A stretch of DNA of 52,157 nt from Macrostomum lignano (lineage: Eukaryota), in assembly GCA_002269645.1 (NCBI GenBank), contig NIVC01004273.1, positions 1-52,157 on the forward strand, in the 5' to 3' direction. Shown one piece after another: positions 1 to 12,382 of this stretch. The notes under the pieces are model-generated. The model was not told where the DNA came from. It was given only the letters and a program-made list of their open reading frames with translations, and made no database searches. Within the stretch, counting starts at the first letter, position 1. Each line of letters begins with the position of its first letter. A program made the translations under genes and the position numbers.

Positions 1-570
1 ATTCGCGATCGAAAGGGTTGAGACGACAAACAACTGGATAATATAGCTCGTACAATATCTCGTGCGTAATTTTGTGTCCAAGTGTCAATTTGAGTACTCG
101 TACAACAAGATCGAGGCACAATTATCGACGGTATTTCAATCACTTTGGTGCGATATCAAATAGTAGGAAACTACCCCTGCCTTTATCAACCTGTCACTGT
201 GACCGGACTGCAACTGATTTGATGTGTGAATTTATCATCCGGTTGCTGCCAAAAGATTTTCTATAAATACAATAACTGTATCATGCCCAACATTTAACTA
301 AAGTAAACAAGCCATAAAGCATTATTTTCAAGCAGTCTACAGCAGCAACGAAGAAACAAAAAGGTAAAACTGTCTCTAATTAAAGAGCTATTAGATCGTA
401 TTTTCTTTGCCTTTCGATCTCTCTCTGAGTTCGTCTGTTTGTCTGCTTTTCGTAAGGCAATTTTTAGATTTCACTTTAAACTATAGTTACGCAACATTTC
501 ATGGATGCTACACTCCATTATTATAAAGCATTCCAAGCAAGCGAATGCCTGATCTTCCAATCTCTTCAGA

Positions 571-870
571 ATGAAGTGCGTCTTCCTGATTCTCCTGGGA
601 CTGGCGGCCTTCATGGTGCAGCCGTCGGAGCAGAAGGTGAACTGGGGCATCTCGGTGGACATCACGAAGATCATCAACTACGGCCTGAACAAGCTGGACA
701 CGATGTTCTCCTGCGCGAAATACGACGGCGTAAGAGGCGCCGGCTGCTGGCACAACAACTGGGAGAAGCGCGACCTCATGTGCAAGAGGCTGAGCGCGTG
801 CTGGTCGCGGCGCTGGTCCTACAGCCACAGTCTGCTTGGCGGCCGCTGCTACTGCTGCCACTGTCCTTGA
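571..870 (+). CDS. Secreted cysteine-rich cationic peptide (99 aa precursor; candidate antimicrobial peptide or toxin)
   Basis: GC-rich ORF in AT-rich flanks. Hydrophobic N-terminal signal-like stretch (MKCVFLILLGLAAFMVQPSEQ) and 8 Cys in the C-terminal half ending GRCYCCHCP. Acceptor ctcttcag ends 1 nt before the ATG. Candidate upstream TATA (ctataaata, ~261), donor (aag|gtaaaa, 364) and ATTAAA at ~918. Confidence 0.8.
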   Translation: MKCVFLILLGLAAFMVQPSEQKVNWGISVDITKIINYGLNKLDTMFSCAKYDGVRGAGCWHNNWEKRDLMCKRLSACWSRRWSYSHSLLGGRCYCCHCP

Positions 871-1140
871 ACTCGCTGTCCTTGGATTACATTCTGTGGG
901 TGTCGTAATGACAGGCAATTAAAAAGCAAATATACCTAAATAGGTCAGCCTGCAAACCTGCGGCATTGTAAGCAGTGGCTAACAGCATTGAGTCTCATAT
1001 TTTTGCATATTAATTAACAGCATGCAATTAATGCGATGAATCCATTAGCGATAGTTAATCATGATTAGTGAATGCGTGGTTGATAGTGAATGCATCGGTT
1101 AGAGTTATCCTTAAGTTATCTTTAAGGAGCTAAAATCTCA

Positions 1141-1659
1141 TGATAGGGAGTCAGAAATCATAGGGAGTCAGATCATAGAGAGTCAGATCAAAGAGAGTCA
1201 GATCATAGGGAGTCAGATCATAGGGAGTCAGATCATAGGGAGTCAGATCAAAGGGAGTCAGATCATAGGGAGTCAGATCATAGGGAGTCAGATCATAGGG
1301 AGTCAGATCATAGGGAGTCAGATCATAGGGAGTCAGATCAAAGGGAGTCAGATCATAGGGAGTCAGATCATAGGGAGTCAGATCATAGGGAGTCAGATCA
1401 TAGGGAGTCAGATCATAGGGAGTCAGATCATAGGGAGTCAGATCATAGGGAGTCAGATCATAGGGAGTCAGATCATAGGGAGTCAGATCATAGGGAGTCA
1501 GATCATAGGGAGTCAGATCATAGGGAGTCAGATCATAGGGAGTCAGATCATAGGGAGTCAGATCATAGGGAGTCAGATCATAGGGAGTCAGATCATAGGG
1601 AGTCAGATCATAGGGAGTCAGATCATAGGGAGTCAGATCATAGGGAGTCAGATCATAGG
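1141..1659. repeat. 15-bp minisatellite (GATCATAGGGAGTCA)n, about 34 copies
   Basis: Directly visible tandem array with a degenerate left edge and rare tagg/aagg/agag variants. Confidence 0.97.
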
Positions 1660-2656
1660 CGCCTTCGGCAGTCAAAGAAAGCAGGGCACATTGGGGAGCC
1701 GCTCTCGGCAGTCGGCAGACGTCGTGCAGAACATGCAGGTCTGACCGTCCGCGGGAGTGTAAATTAATGTACAACCAATAACCGTACATGATAAATATGC
1801 CTTTTGCACATTACATGTTATGTACAAGTACGTTTGTCTTTGAAGTCATTTTGCCTCTCCAAGGAAGACTAAAACTGGTGTGTTATATAAATTACTCTTC
1901 AAGAGATTCGTAGTTTCAATGATGAAGCAACCACAAAGTCTATTTGACAGTATACAGCAGAGTGTGATATATCTATATTTATATTCTATATTTACTTTTT
2001 TCGATTTTAAAGCTACTTTATGTTTAAAAAAATATTAAGGCTATAGTATATTTCTTGCAAAAAAATAAATTTCTACATGAGAGAATGTTTTAAAAAATAT
2101 TTTTCATTGAATACTAAAATATGACAGTATTAACTACAATAAGAATACAGTATATGTTAGTTCACGGTGAGCCACTTTCGTCGATGTCACAATGGATTCA
2201 GAATATCAAAGTTACAGCGTGAAGATGGTATTAGTGATCAGTGATCCAAAACTGACGCTGAACTAAGCATAAGATTTGTCAGAAAAGTGTGGAATGAAGA
2301 GATGCCAAACAGCAAATTCAATTCAGACAGCACTTGTTAACAATTGACTCTGGCTAGCAATCAGGGGGGTGCAAATTCGGACAGCACGGCAGGTTCCTTA
2401 TTAAAACTAAACAAGCACCAAACAGCACGGATACATGTACATCATTGTACACTTGTGGTGGGTTATAGATTGCTAATAGATTAACAATTATTACAATTTA
2501 CCTTTATAGCTAAATTTAAACATTAAGGTAACCCCATTCATAGAAACTACTGGTTAAAAAAATAATCAGGAATTAAAGTTTAGACATGCCGAAAGCTTGT
2601 GCAGAACGACTGCATATGTAATTCTTGTCCATTCGGTAGTCTCACACTGGCTACTG

Positions 2657-3323
2657 TCAGTAGGCTCGGCTGTCCAGGTAACGACGCCAGTAGTAGGGAG
2701 GCCGATAGTAGTAGTAGCTGTTCCAATACGGCGGGTAGTAGTACCGGTCGTAGTAGTACGACGGTAGCGGCGGCGGCGGCGGAGGAGGCGTCTGGGTGCG
2801 ACTCGCCAGCGGCCGAGCACTGCTGGCAGCGGCGCTGTTCTCGGCAGCTGCAGCCCGAGAGGACGACTCGAACTTGTCCGGAGCGGCCAGATCAGCCGAT
2901 GAGGTGGAACGGCGCAGCTTGCTGTCGTATTTCTTCAGGCCCTCCTCGTAGCCGCGAATGTAGTCGCGGTAATAGCCGTCGTCGTAGTACCACCAAGGCC
3001 GACGGCCGTAGTAAGGCCAATCGGGCCAGTAGGTTCGATCGTACCACCTAGAAAATGACATGTTTTGGATTTGATTTGTGTGGTGCTCTATTCTTCTGGA
3101 CGATAATAGTAACTATGAAAACTAACCGATAGTACGGATAATCCAGGTCGGTGTAATACGGCGGGCGCCTGTAGGTGCTGTAGTGCCGGTTGCAGCAGTA
3201 AGGGAAGCCAACTAGATCGCAGCGCAGCTTCTCTATAGCCATTTTGTAGCGATAGTCGTCAAGCGGGTCTTCCGTGCCAGACAGACGGCCCAGCGATGAG
3301 CTGCGCTTAAGGCTGCTAGACAT
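2657..3323 (-). CDS. Two-exon Tyr/Pro/Arg/Trp-rich orphan protein (~195 aa); exons 3323-3127 and 3047-2657
   Basis: Two ORFs join in frame across a 79-bp intron (CG|gttagt ... ttttctag|G), giving ...DYPYYRWYDRTYWPD.... Both exons have GC-rich coding-like composition and the same Tyr-rich style. Confidence 0.75.
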
Positions 3324-5240
3324 GGCGATGAAAGCCGAGTTAGAGACAGAAGAGACGCGCGCTGCAGAAGAAGCAGAAGAAAAATGGCAGTGCGCTAGGC
3401 AACTAAGCTATTTAAACAGGTTCAGAACGAGAGTAGATGTAGATAAGACGGCGAGAAAAGGCTAGGCCAGTGAGCAGAGAGTGGAGGCTGCTACACAGCG
3501 ACTACAGCCATGGCGACGTTTCTCAAACCCCCTATCTGCATTCGGTGCAGTTTCTGCAAATATCAAGCGAATAAAAACTTGGTTTGAGGGTTGGGGGGAG
3601 GGAGGCTCAAACATCTTCTGAGACCATTAATTCCGGTCCTCACTTTTTAACCCTCCATTTGCGCATCGGTAAGTGCCGTAGCTGCATTGGACTTCGACGG
3701 GATAGCTGCTATAGCAGTCTTTTGTGTGTGTTTTTATTAGACAAATGCTATAACCTACTACCGGCTCCAAACCAGTTTTGCTTGTCAAAAGGCTTTCTCC
3801 ATTCTAAGAAGAAGAGATGCGTTATACTGGCATCAACCCCACTAGCAATGTGTGGCATTCATGCATCTCTATCTTGTAGTAGACATTTACACCGAGCATT
3901 TTGCGCGTGTTCTCAGGACAGAGGTTTCTCATCAAAAAATGCTCAGTACAGATGCAATGAATTAAACTGAATTTGAGCATTGCATATCAAATATCGGCCA
4001 AACGGCCTGCTCAGTAACCTGCTAAGAGTAATTAACGAACGAAAAAGTGAGAGATTGAGCGCCGCGAATGAAAAATGATGGCCAGTGCTTTTAAAGTATG
4101 GTCTGTCTGGCACAAACGAAGCAACTTGAATGCTCTACCCTCACGGCCACTCTTTATCTTACGCTCGTATTGAGTTAATCTCTTCCAAAGGAAAATCTAG
4201 TTTCTTGAAGTAGAAAGTACTGTATAGTTCTAACTTTGCGCTTCAGAGTATATACGCTTATGCGTCGATGTGCCTTCAGGATGCGTTGTCGGCAGTTGCA
4301 ACTTAAAGATTTTGCTAAATTTGTGCGTGTACTAGTGTGTACCACCGCGCCGATGGACCTTTTGTTCAGTTTTTTTTGTTCAGCCCAACGCTTAGTTGGG
4401 GATTTTCCCGGTTTCTAGCGGGATCGGGCCGGTAAGGGCTTAAGCCACCCGTCGGTCGCTATTGTTTTGGCTGGCTGTTGGGTTTTGGTTTACGGCCCAG
4501 CAGTCTCTCACCCCTAGTCCCCAGTCGCTTTTATAACATAAAAGAAGAGAGTGAGTTAGTAGATAAATGTTTCATTTATTTCACCCGTATATGCCTACTG
4601 ACAGTGGTGAAGTAAGAAAATTGTCTATGAGCTTTACGGCTGTGAACATATCGAACAAACGAACAGTGAATAACTGATATGGTTTTGTGTGTCGAAAACT
4701 TTAAATCTAAAAAATCATAGATGTAGAGATTACTTCTTTTGCCTCTGTTGCTTTGGAAATGGAAAAACAACTTTCCAGTCATTGTGCGTCAAACTAGAGG
4801 AGAATTATGGGAAGCAGGGTCTGCTGGATAGAAAAATTATCTGAGGAGTGGGGCTACTGAAGAAATCTCTTGTGCTAAAGTTTTACCGAGTTTTCAGGTG
4901 TTAAGTAAGTGCCAAGAATAAGTGCGTGTTACGTATATGATAAGCAATTACGTCAATTCTTAAAATAGTCTATTTTAAGAAACTTCTAGGGTCATTATTA
5001 TTTTTGGACTGCATAATTATCTCTATTTATATAAATGACATTTACTGAATTCTTTTTCAGAAAAATTTCGGTTTTCGATATGTGAAGTAAATTTACTACC
5101 GCTATTATTGCTCAAGGACCTTTGAATCGCATTTGGACGCGACACGATGATGTCTTATAGAATGCGACTGCCTATCTTACTGTGAATCTCAACGTTACTT
5201 TATGGTGGTCCTTGCTTCGCTCTGATGATCGCTGTTTGGA

Positions 5241-5478
5241 CACACAGACACCTGAGCACTCACAGACACCTGAGCACTCACAGACACCTGAGCACTCACA
5301 GACACCTGAGCACTCACAGACACCTGAGCACTCACAGACACCTGAGCACTCACAGACACCTGAGCACTCACAGACACCTGAGCACTCACAGACACCTGAG
5401 CACTCACAGACACCTGAGCACTCACAGACACCTGAGCACACACAGACACCTGAGCACTCACAGACACCTGAGCACACA
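5241..5478. repeat. 18-bp minisatellite (CACTCACAGACACCTGAG)n, about 13 copies
   Basis: Directly visible tandem array. Confidence 0.95.
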
Positions 5479-6493
5479 CATCGTATTTTCTTCTCTCTGG
5501 AGCCTCAGAGGGCTTACAACGGAGATAGCTAATTATTGGCTTATTATAGCACTCTTGCCTTTAGCATTAGCACAAAAGACGAGTAGGAGTCTATGAGTTT
5601 TGGCTGACTACAAAGGAGCCAGACTGTGTGCGAAAGCTTTCGCGAGAGAGCCCGCTCGTGTCTATTTTATAGATGCTGAGACACGTCACTCCCTGCCGCT
5701 GGCTAGCAACGGCAGGATCCAAAACAGACGCAGCAAAATTTTTCTATATTAAACTAGTGCGTTGCTACGGGGCGAGATAGATTATTTATTATCAGTTATT
5801 TTGTAAGGTTGATTCAGGCGGTCGGTCTAGAGTCCATCTTTCGATCGCAATTCGCACGTCAGACCCCAGTCTATTCCTCAGTTATCGGTATCAGGTGAGC
5901 CCCGACTTTGCTCCCTGGCTGCATCTCTTGTCGCTGTATTTTGCCGTATCGCTTCTTCTGGCACCGCGCCGGACTGACGGCCGGATGATAACATTATTGT
6001 ACCTTAATACGAGCCTACGTATAGGATTGTGTCTGCCTGCAGCTTTTCTATTTATAGAATTGACTATAATACATGTGCCAAAGTTCTATTTTAGTAAATG
6101 CGCAACCTACTCGCATATATTTATATATAGTGGTGGCAATCGCAATTTAGTTATTCATACTGCATTTTAGTTGCGCCTCATCGGGACGGGAAAAGCTAAA
6201 CTGTCTATAGTCCAAGTCTAACTCAGTATAGTATATAAATTAACCTACTTAAGAATTAGAATACTCAAAAATAGGTCTGAGCCACTGCAATTTACCTACA
6301 GGAAACAGTAGGTGGGATTGGACATATAGCGATTCAGCTTTTTATCCCGCATTTCCGATTGGCGAAGCAGATTGCATAAAGCTCTGCATTAAGTACATGT
6401 ACAAACAATAGCTAGCTTAAATCTAATTGAAAGTAGCTCTACTAAAATGTTTCAACCATGTTGTTTGCTTTGATTTCTATCCATATTTTTCTA

Positions 6494-7769
6494 TTAGGGT
6501 GAGCCAAAAGTTTCCGGAATTGTTTAGAATCGAACTTTTAGTTAATTTTTGTCTATGGAAAAGCTTAAAAGCAGCAACCATCTACTATGCTGTTGGCCAG
6601 CCTTATCATCACTCTTTAGCTTAGCATCGCTCAGTTTCCCAGACCCTGCCTACTTAAGCCAGCAAACGCATCCAATGGAACTGCCAAGAACTGAATGGCG
6701 AGCAATTCTGCTCAACCACTTTCATGCGGGACGCAACGCAGCAGAGGCACATCGCGAGTTGTTGCAGCTGATGGGCCCACATGCACCCTCCAAGTCGTCG
6801 GTGTACGACTGGTTCTCTCGCTTTGCTGAAGAGAACTATGAGCTGAAGGACAAGCCGAGGTCAGGCCGACCCCCTGCTGCTGATGGCGATGCCATTCTCC
6901 AAGCCCTTGAGGACAATCCGGACTACAGCGTGCGCAAGCTGTCAGCTGCTACTGGGGTGTCCTATGGCACGGTCCGGCGGAGCCTGCATGCTGCGGACAA
7001 GGTGCCGAAGAAGCCAACTCTGGTGCCCCATGAGCTGACACCTCAGCAGCTGAGAGCCAGGGTGGATGTGGCAACTTCGAATCTTCGCCAGGCCGGTTCG
7101 CCAAACTTTCTCAAGTCGATAATCGCTCAAGACGAGAAGTGGGTCTGCTATGAGAACCCAAGCACATCAGCCGTCTGGGTCGATGCTTCTGAAGAACCAC
7201 CCAGCTGCCCAATGCGGAACCCCCACTGCGGCAAGGAGCTGCTCTCTTTCTGGTTCTGCTCGTCTGGCCCTGTTTTGTGGGAGGTCATCCCGCATGGCAT
7301 GGCTGTGAACGCGGAGGTGATCTGCAGCGAACTGGAGCAGGTTGCCCATTTGCTGCGATCCGTGTGCCCGGGACACCGCGACAAGGTGCTCCTCTTCGAC
7401 AATGCGCGGCCTCACAAAGCAAGACTCACCCAGGCCAAGCTGGCAAGCCTGGGCTTCAGTGTTTTGCCCCACCCACCATACTCGCCAGACCTCTCGCCAT
7501 GCGACTACCATGTGTTCAGGTCTCTCCAGAGCTTTTGTGATGGACAGCGGTTCGCCAACAAGCAACATGTGGAGCAGGCAGTGCAGAAATGGATTGATTC
7601 AAAGCCTGCGAGCTTCTGGAGGGAGGGGATTGAGGCATTGCCAGCAAGATGGGAGAGGGTCAGGGCCTTGAATGGCAACGACATCACATCGCTGTAAACT
7701 GTTTGTTCTTGACACTATTTGTTATAGTTTTAAAATGTTCAAATTCCGGAAACTTTTGGCTCACCCTAA
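6494..7769 (+). mobile_element. Full-length mariner (Tc1/mariner DD34D) DNA transposon, 1276 bp
   Basis: Perfect 28-bp TIRs (TTAGGGTGAGCCAAAAGTTTCCGGAATT at 6494-6521 and its reverse complement at 7742-7769). TA on both flanks (6492-6493, 7770-7771). Encloses an uninterrupted transposase ORF. Confidence 0.97.
6675..7697 (+). CDS. Mariner transposase (340 aa from the ATG at 6675)
   Basis: HTH N-terminus (...SSVYDWFSRF...PRSGRP), LVPHEL (WVPHEL-like), QDEKW, FDNARPH and YSPDLSPCDY. Exactly 34 residues lie between the second and third catalytic Asp (DD34D). Confidence 0.95.
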   Translation: MELPRTEWRAILLNHFHAGRNAAEAHRELLQLMGPHAPSKSSVYDWFSRFAEENYELKDKPRSGRPPAADGDAILQALEDNPDYSVRKLSAATGVSYGTVRRSLHAADKVPKKPTLVPHELTPQQLRARVDVATSNLRQAGSPNFLKSIIAQDEKWVCYENPSTSAVWVDASEEPPSCPMRNPHCGKELLSFWFCSSGPVLWEVIPHGMAVNAEVICSELEQVAHLLRSVCPGHRDKVLLFDNARPHKARLTQAKLASLGFSVLPHPPYSPDLSPCDYHVFRSLQSFCDGQRFANKQHVEQAVQKWIDSKPASFWREGIEALPARWERVRALNGNDITSL

Positions 7770-8182
7770 TACAAATACTTGGTCATTCTTCGTTATTCAT
7801 CACGTCTTTTCGGTAAGTTACGAACAAAATTATGCACCTGATAGTGTCGTATCATTTTCGCTATAGTGTTATTTTTACCTACATATGAAATATTTAATAG
7901 CTACATCAAAATGATGTACTCAAAACACTGCTCATACCCCATAGACCCAAAGCAGTGGAGGTATGAAAAAACATGGAGCTAAAAAGTTGTAACCAAAAGC
8001 TTTTCTGTCAAGATTGTGTTCGGTATCACGAGCAACTGTAATGTTTTGTTGGTTCACACTTATGGCTACTGACTAAATATGTGAAGTAGCATTTGCTACA
8101 TTCTGCTTTCTTTGTCGTAGGTTTATTGATAGCTGAACTTATTTATCTAACAGTCATACTATAGCAAAAACCGCAACACTGT

Positions 8183-9689
8183 TTGGCGCCGCGAGCACTC
8201 ATTTTGGCGCCGCATTCAAGCATTCATTTTGGCGCCGCAGTCAGGCACTCATTTAGGCGCCGCAGTCAGTCACTCATTTAGGCGACGCAGTCAGTCACTC
8301 ATTTAGGCGCCGCAGTCAGTCACTCATTTAGGTGCCGCAGTCAGTCACTCATTTAGGCGCCGCAGTCAGTCACTCATTTAGGCGCCACAGTCAGTCACTC
8401 ATTTAGGTGCCGCAGTCAGGCACTCATTTAGGTGCCGCAGTCAGTCACTCATTTAGGTGCCGCAGTCAGGCACTCATTTAGGTGCCGCAGTCAGTCACTC
8501 ATTTAGGTGCCGCAGTCAGTCACTCATTTAGGCGCCACAGTCAGTCACTCATTTAGGTGCCGCAGTCAGGCACTCATTTAGGTGCCGCAGTCAGGCACTC
8601 ATTTAGGTGCCGCAGTCAGTCACTCATTTAGGTGCCGCAGTCAGTCACTCATTTAGGCGCCACAGTCAGTCACTCATTTAGGTGCCGCAGTCAGTCACTC
8701 ATTTAGGCGCCGCAGTCAGTCACTCATTTAGGCGCCACAGTCAGTCACTCATTTAGGTGCCGCAGTCAGTCACTCATTTAGGTGCCGCAGTCAGGCACTC
8801 ATTTAGGTGCCGCAGTCAGTCACTCATTTAGGTGCCGCAGTCAGTCACTCATTTAGGCGCCGCAGTCAGTCACTCATTTAGGCGCCACAGTCAGTCACTC
8901 ATTTAGGTGCCGCAGTCAGTCACTCATTTAGGTGCCGCAGTCAGTCACTCATTTAGGCGCCACAGTCAGTCACTCATTTAGGTGCCGCAGTCAGGCACTC
9001 ATTTAGGTGCCGCAGTCAGGCACTCATTTAGGTGCCGCAGTCAGTCACTCATTTAGGTGCCGCAGTCAGTCACTCATTTAGGCGCCACAGTCAGTCACTC
9101 ATTTAGGCGCCACAGTCAGTCACTCATTTAGGTGCCGCAGTCAGGCACTCATTTAGGTGCCGCAGTCAGGCACTTATTTAGGTGCCGCAGTCAGTCACTC
9201 ATTTAGGTGCCGCAGTCAGGCACTCATTTAGGCGCCGCAGTCAGTCACTCATTTAGGCGCCACAGTCAGGCACTCATTTAGGTGCCGCAGTCAGTCACTC
9301 ATTTAGGTGCCGCAGTCAGGCACTCATTTAGGTGCCGCAGTCAGTCACTCATTTAGGTGCCGCAGTCAGTCACTCATTTAGGCGCCACAGTCAGTCACTC
9401 ATTTAGGTGCCGCAGTCAGTCACTCATTTAGGCGCCACAGTCAGTCACTCATTTAGGCGCCACAGTCAGTCACTCATTTAGGTGCCGCAGTCAGGCACTC
9501 ATTTAGGTGCCGCAGTCAGGCACTCATTTAGGTGCCGCAGTCAGTCACTCATTTAGGCGCCACAGTCAGTCACTCATTTAGGCGCCACAGTCAGTCACTC
9601 ATTTAGGTGCCGCAGTCAGGCACTCATTTAGGTGCCGCAGTCAGGCACTCATTTAGGTGCCGCAGTCAGGCACTCATTTAGGCGCCGCA
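8183..9689. repeat. 25-bp minisatellite (GG[C/T]GCC[G/A]CAGTCAG[T/G]CACTCATTTA)n, about 60 copies
   Basis: Directly visible array with three recurring biallelic positions and degenerate first units. Confidence 0.97.
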
Positions 9690-10649
9690 AAGCATTGATT
9701 TACCCCCATCAGATAGGTTAGGGATATCCTTACCTACAATTCATTGGGTGTTGAATTAACATCACTCTGATACGGTTAGAATGTTGGCAATGCTATTTTT
9801 TAAATAATTATAGCACTAGCAGTTTAAAACTATATGGTAAGGCTGACGGTTTTTTCTATTGGCTTGGCTAGCTGTCGTATCAGAGATCTACGAGTATTGC
9901 CATTGGCTGTATTATTTAGCATGTTTTATACCTACAAGTTATATAATGACTCTACTGTAGCAGAAATACAACAGACGTTTCGGAACTGTTAAAAGTTTTA
10001 GTCGATTTACGGCTAAACATAAGTCAACATTCTTCCACGCTGAGTACATTCTACCGATCTTGGTAGAATGATTTCCCGATTTTGAAATGTCAATTTCAAT
10101 TTTGACACCAAATTTTGAACTTTTAGCAAGCATAGTTTTAGAAAGCTGTTCTATTTGCATTATAACCGTTGTTGTAACATTATTTTCGAGAATAAATTTC
10201 TGCGTTTCACAGCCAAGGTAAGTCAAACGAATAAACTATTTAAAAACAGTTTGTACTCAACAAAATAGCTCTGTTATACTTCCCCCAACGATGGAAGGAC
10301 AGCATCATGTGCAAGCAAATGTACATGTATATAAATCGCACTCTCTACAGCTGCTGTTAAATCAAAACGATTGAAATTAAATTAGTTCGAGCTGAATTAT
10401 CTTATGGGATCACAAAATTGCATTTAAACGTTCTTAAGTTGTATTGGAGAATCCTTAAAACATGGAACTAAATTCTTTTGGCTGTTCCATGGACTGCCCG
10501 TGGCATTTCCACGGAATTTGAATATGTTGTAGCTATTTTTAGAACCACTTTCTCTCGTAAAATAGGCTGAGTTAGAGGCATCGCCAGGGCAGCCTCTAAT
10601 GTTCGCTGCGCTTCCCTGGATCCTAAGGGACACTCACCCGCCCCACCCC

Positions 10650-10797
10650 ACTCCTTCTCCTCTCCTCTCCCTTCTCCTCTCCTCTCCCTTCTCTCCTCTC
10701 CCTTCTCCTCTCCTCTCTCTTCTCCTCTCCTCTCCCTTCTCCTCTCCTCTCCCTTCTCCTCTCCTCTCCCTTCTCCTCTCCTCTCCCTTCTCCTCTC
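10650..10797. repeat. CT-rich simple repeat (CTCCT/CTTCT motifs)
   Basis: Pyrimidine-only tract. Confidence 0.9.
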
Positions 10798-11460
10798 GTA
10801 CACGAGTTTAGGGGCGTTTTTTCAAGTCCAGTGCGTGAAGTTTTGGAATTTCTCGAGGATGGAGTGTTATGATGAGGGCCAATCTTCGCACAAATGCACG
10901 TATCATTAGTCCCCATGCAAGCTATTTTTCCAGTTTTCACTGAGCAATACTTTTTTTCCATTTCAAAACTGCCAGCTACATCTACATGCATAGAGTATGG
11001 CACGGTTTTTTAAGCCTCCGTGAACCTACGAGTATTTCTACTAATGCTTTTTATCGAATTTTTCTTTGAATTTTAGCTCGAAGCTAGAGGATCTAGTCGA
11101 TATAGACTGTGGGCAAGAAGCTGCTCAAGATTTGACTGCAGTCGATCAGGTAATTAAATCCGCTACCTCAAATCCTGTTTAGGAAAGTTTTCGGGTCACT
11201 CAGATAGATCAGTGGCTGATTCAGTGGGACCAAATGTTGACCTAATCATCAGCTACTTCTGCTGGCTGGAGCAGTCAAAAAACAAAATGGGCAATTGGGT
11301 CTCTAACACCTTTCCTGCTGCCTGTCTACGAGCCTGCCTCCTGCAGCTTTCCTGCTGCCAGCAGCTTTCCTGCTGGTCGCCATGGCCATCTGTGAGGAAC
11401 CCGTAGAGGCTGTCATCAACCGTTATGAACTGGACACAACATAATTTCCCCAACAGATTA

Positions 11461-11870
11461 GAGAGAAGGGAGAGGAGAGGAGAAGGGAGAGGAGAGGAGA
11501 AGGGAGAGGAGAGGAGAAGGGAGAGGAGAGGAGAAGGGAGAGGAGAGGAGAAGGGAGAGGAGAGGAGAAGGGAGAGGAGAAGAGAGGGGAGAGGAGAGGA
11601 GAAGGGAGAGGAGAAGAGAGGGGAGAGGAGAGGAGAAGGGAGAGGAGAGGAGAAGGGAGAGGAGAGGAGAAGGGAGAGGAGAGGAGAGGGGAGAGGAGAG
11701 GAGAAGGGAGAGGAGAAGAGAGGGGAGAGGAGAGGAGAAGGGAGAGGAGAGGAGAAGGGAGAGGAGAGGAGAAGGGAGAGGAGAAGAGAGGGGAGAGGAG
11801 AGGAGAAGGGAGACGAGAGGAGGAGAAGGGAGAGGAGAGGAGAAGGGAGAGGAGAGGAGAAGAGAAGAGA
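11461..11870. repeat. GA-rich simple repeat (GAGAG/GAAGG motifs)
   Basis: Purine-only tract of the same motif family as 10650-10797, in the opposite orientation. Confidence 0.9.
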
Positions 11871-12382
11871 TTAAACAGAAGGCAGCTGAGAAGAGACGCA
11901 AGCCTTGAGCGGGCCAGATTGCTATTGTGAGTTTCAAGCGACCCGAAGGTCGGGTAGAGAGGCTTTGCAGGCCGCATGTTGCCCGCGGGCTGGAGTTTTC
12001 ATGCCGACCCCTGAGTCAAAGTTACTACTGTCAAAGCTCTCTAGACTGTTTGAGCGTGAGGTTTCAGAAGTTGAAGGGCAGTACTCTTACATGCAGGAAC
12101 ATAGTTTAAATCAATTCAAAAAGTAACAGTAGGGATTGCGAAGAGGCTTAAAAAAGTTTGAAAAAGAAAAAGTTTATTCAGAAGTGGTTGTATTTGTAAC
12201 ATTTCAGATAACAGCAGAAAAAACGTCTCCAACAAAGTCCAAAAACAGCCAAGAAAACCTTAGAACAGTTTGTTCTCTTCAAGAACTCAGGAAAAGAATA
12301 CGACAAATTTATCCGTCTTTGGAAAGCCCTGTGCATCATAAAACTCCAAGACACGGACACAGCTGGCTAGACATTGTAGCAA

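Noticed and set aside
1659-1745. Possible terminal exon using the last satellite unit (catag|G) as acceptor (…GTLGSRSRQSADVVQNMQV-stop)
   Set aside because: Short, no recognisable homology, and no upstream donor or exon could be identified.
1151-1789. 212-aa ORF of DLTPY repeats, and similar repeat-derived ORFs at 5172-5596, 31350-32365, 32525-33146 and 39651-40364
   Set aside because: These are translations of stop-free minisatellites with no independent coding evidence.
6549-6674. 42-aa N-terminal extension of the transposase
   Set aside because: Starts at a non-ATG codon in the element's 5' leader. The ATG at 6675 gives the typical ~340-aa mariner length.
8183-9689. CRISPR array (25-46-bp repeats here and at 30213, 33477 and 50864)
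   Set aside because: Units are head-to-tail with no unique spacers, no cas genes are present, and the context is eukaryotic.
10468-11977. Glu/Arg/Gly-rich and Leu/Ser/Pro-rich ORFs (also 34783-35600, 38029-38898, 45022-46192)
   Set aside because: Artefacts of GA/CT simple repeats.
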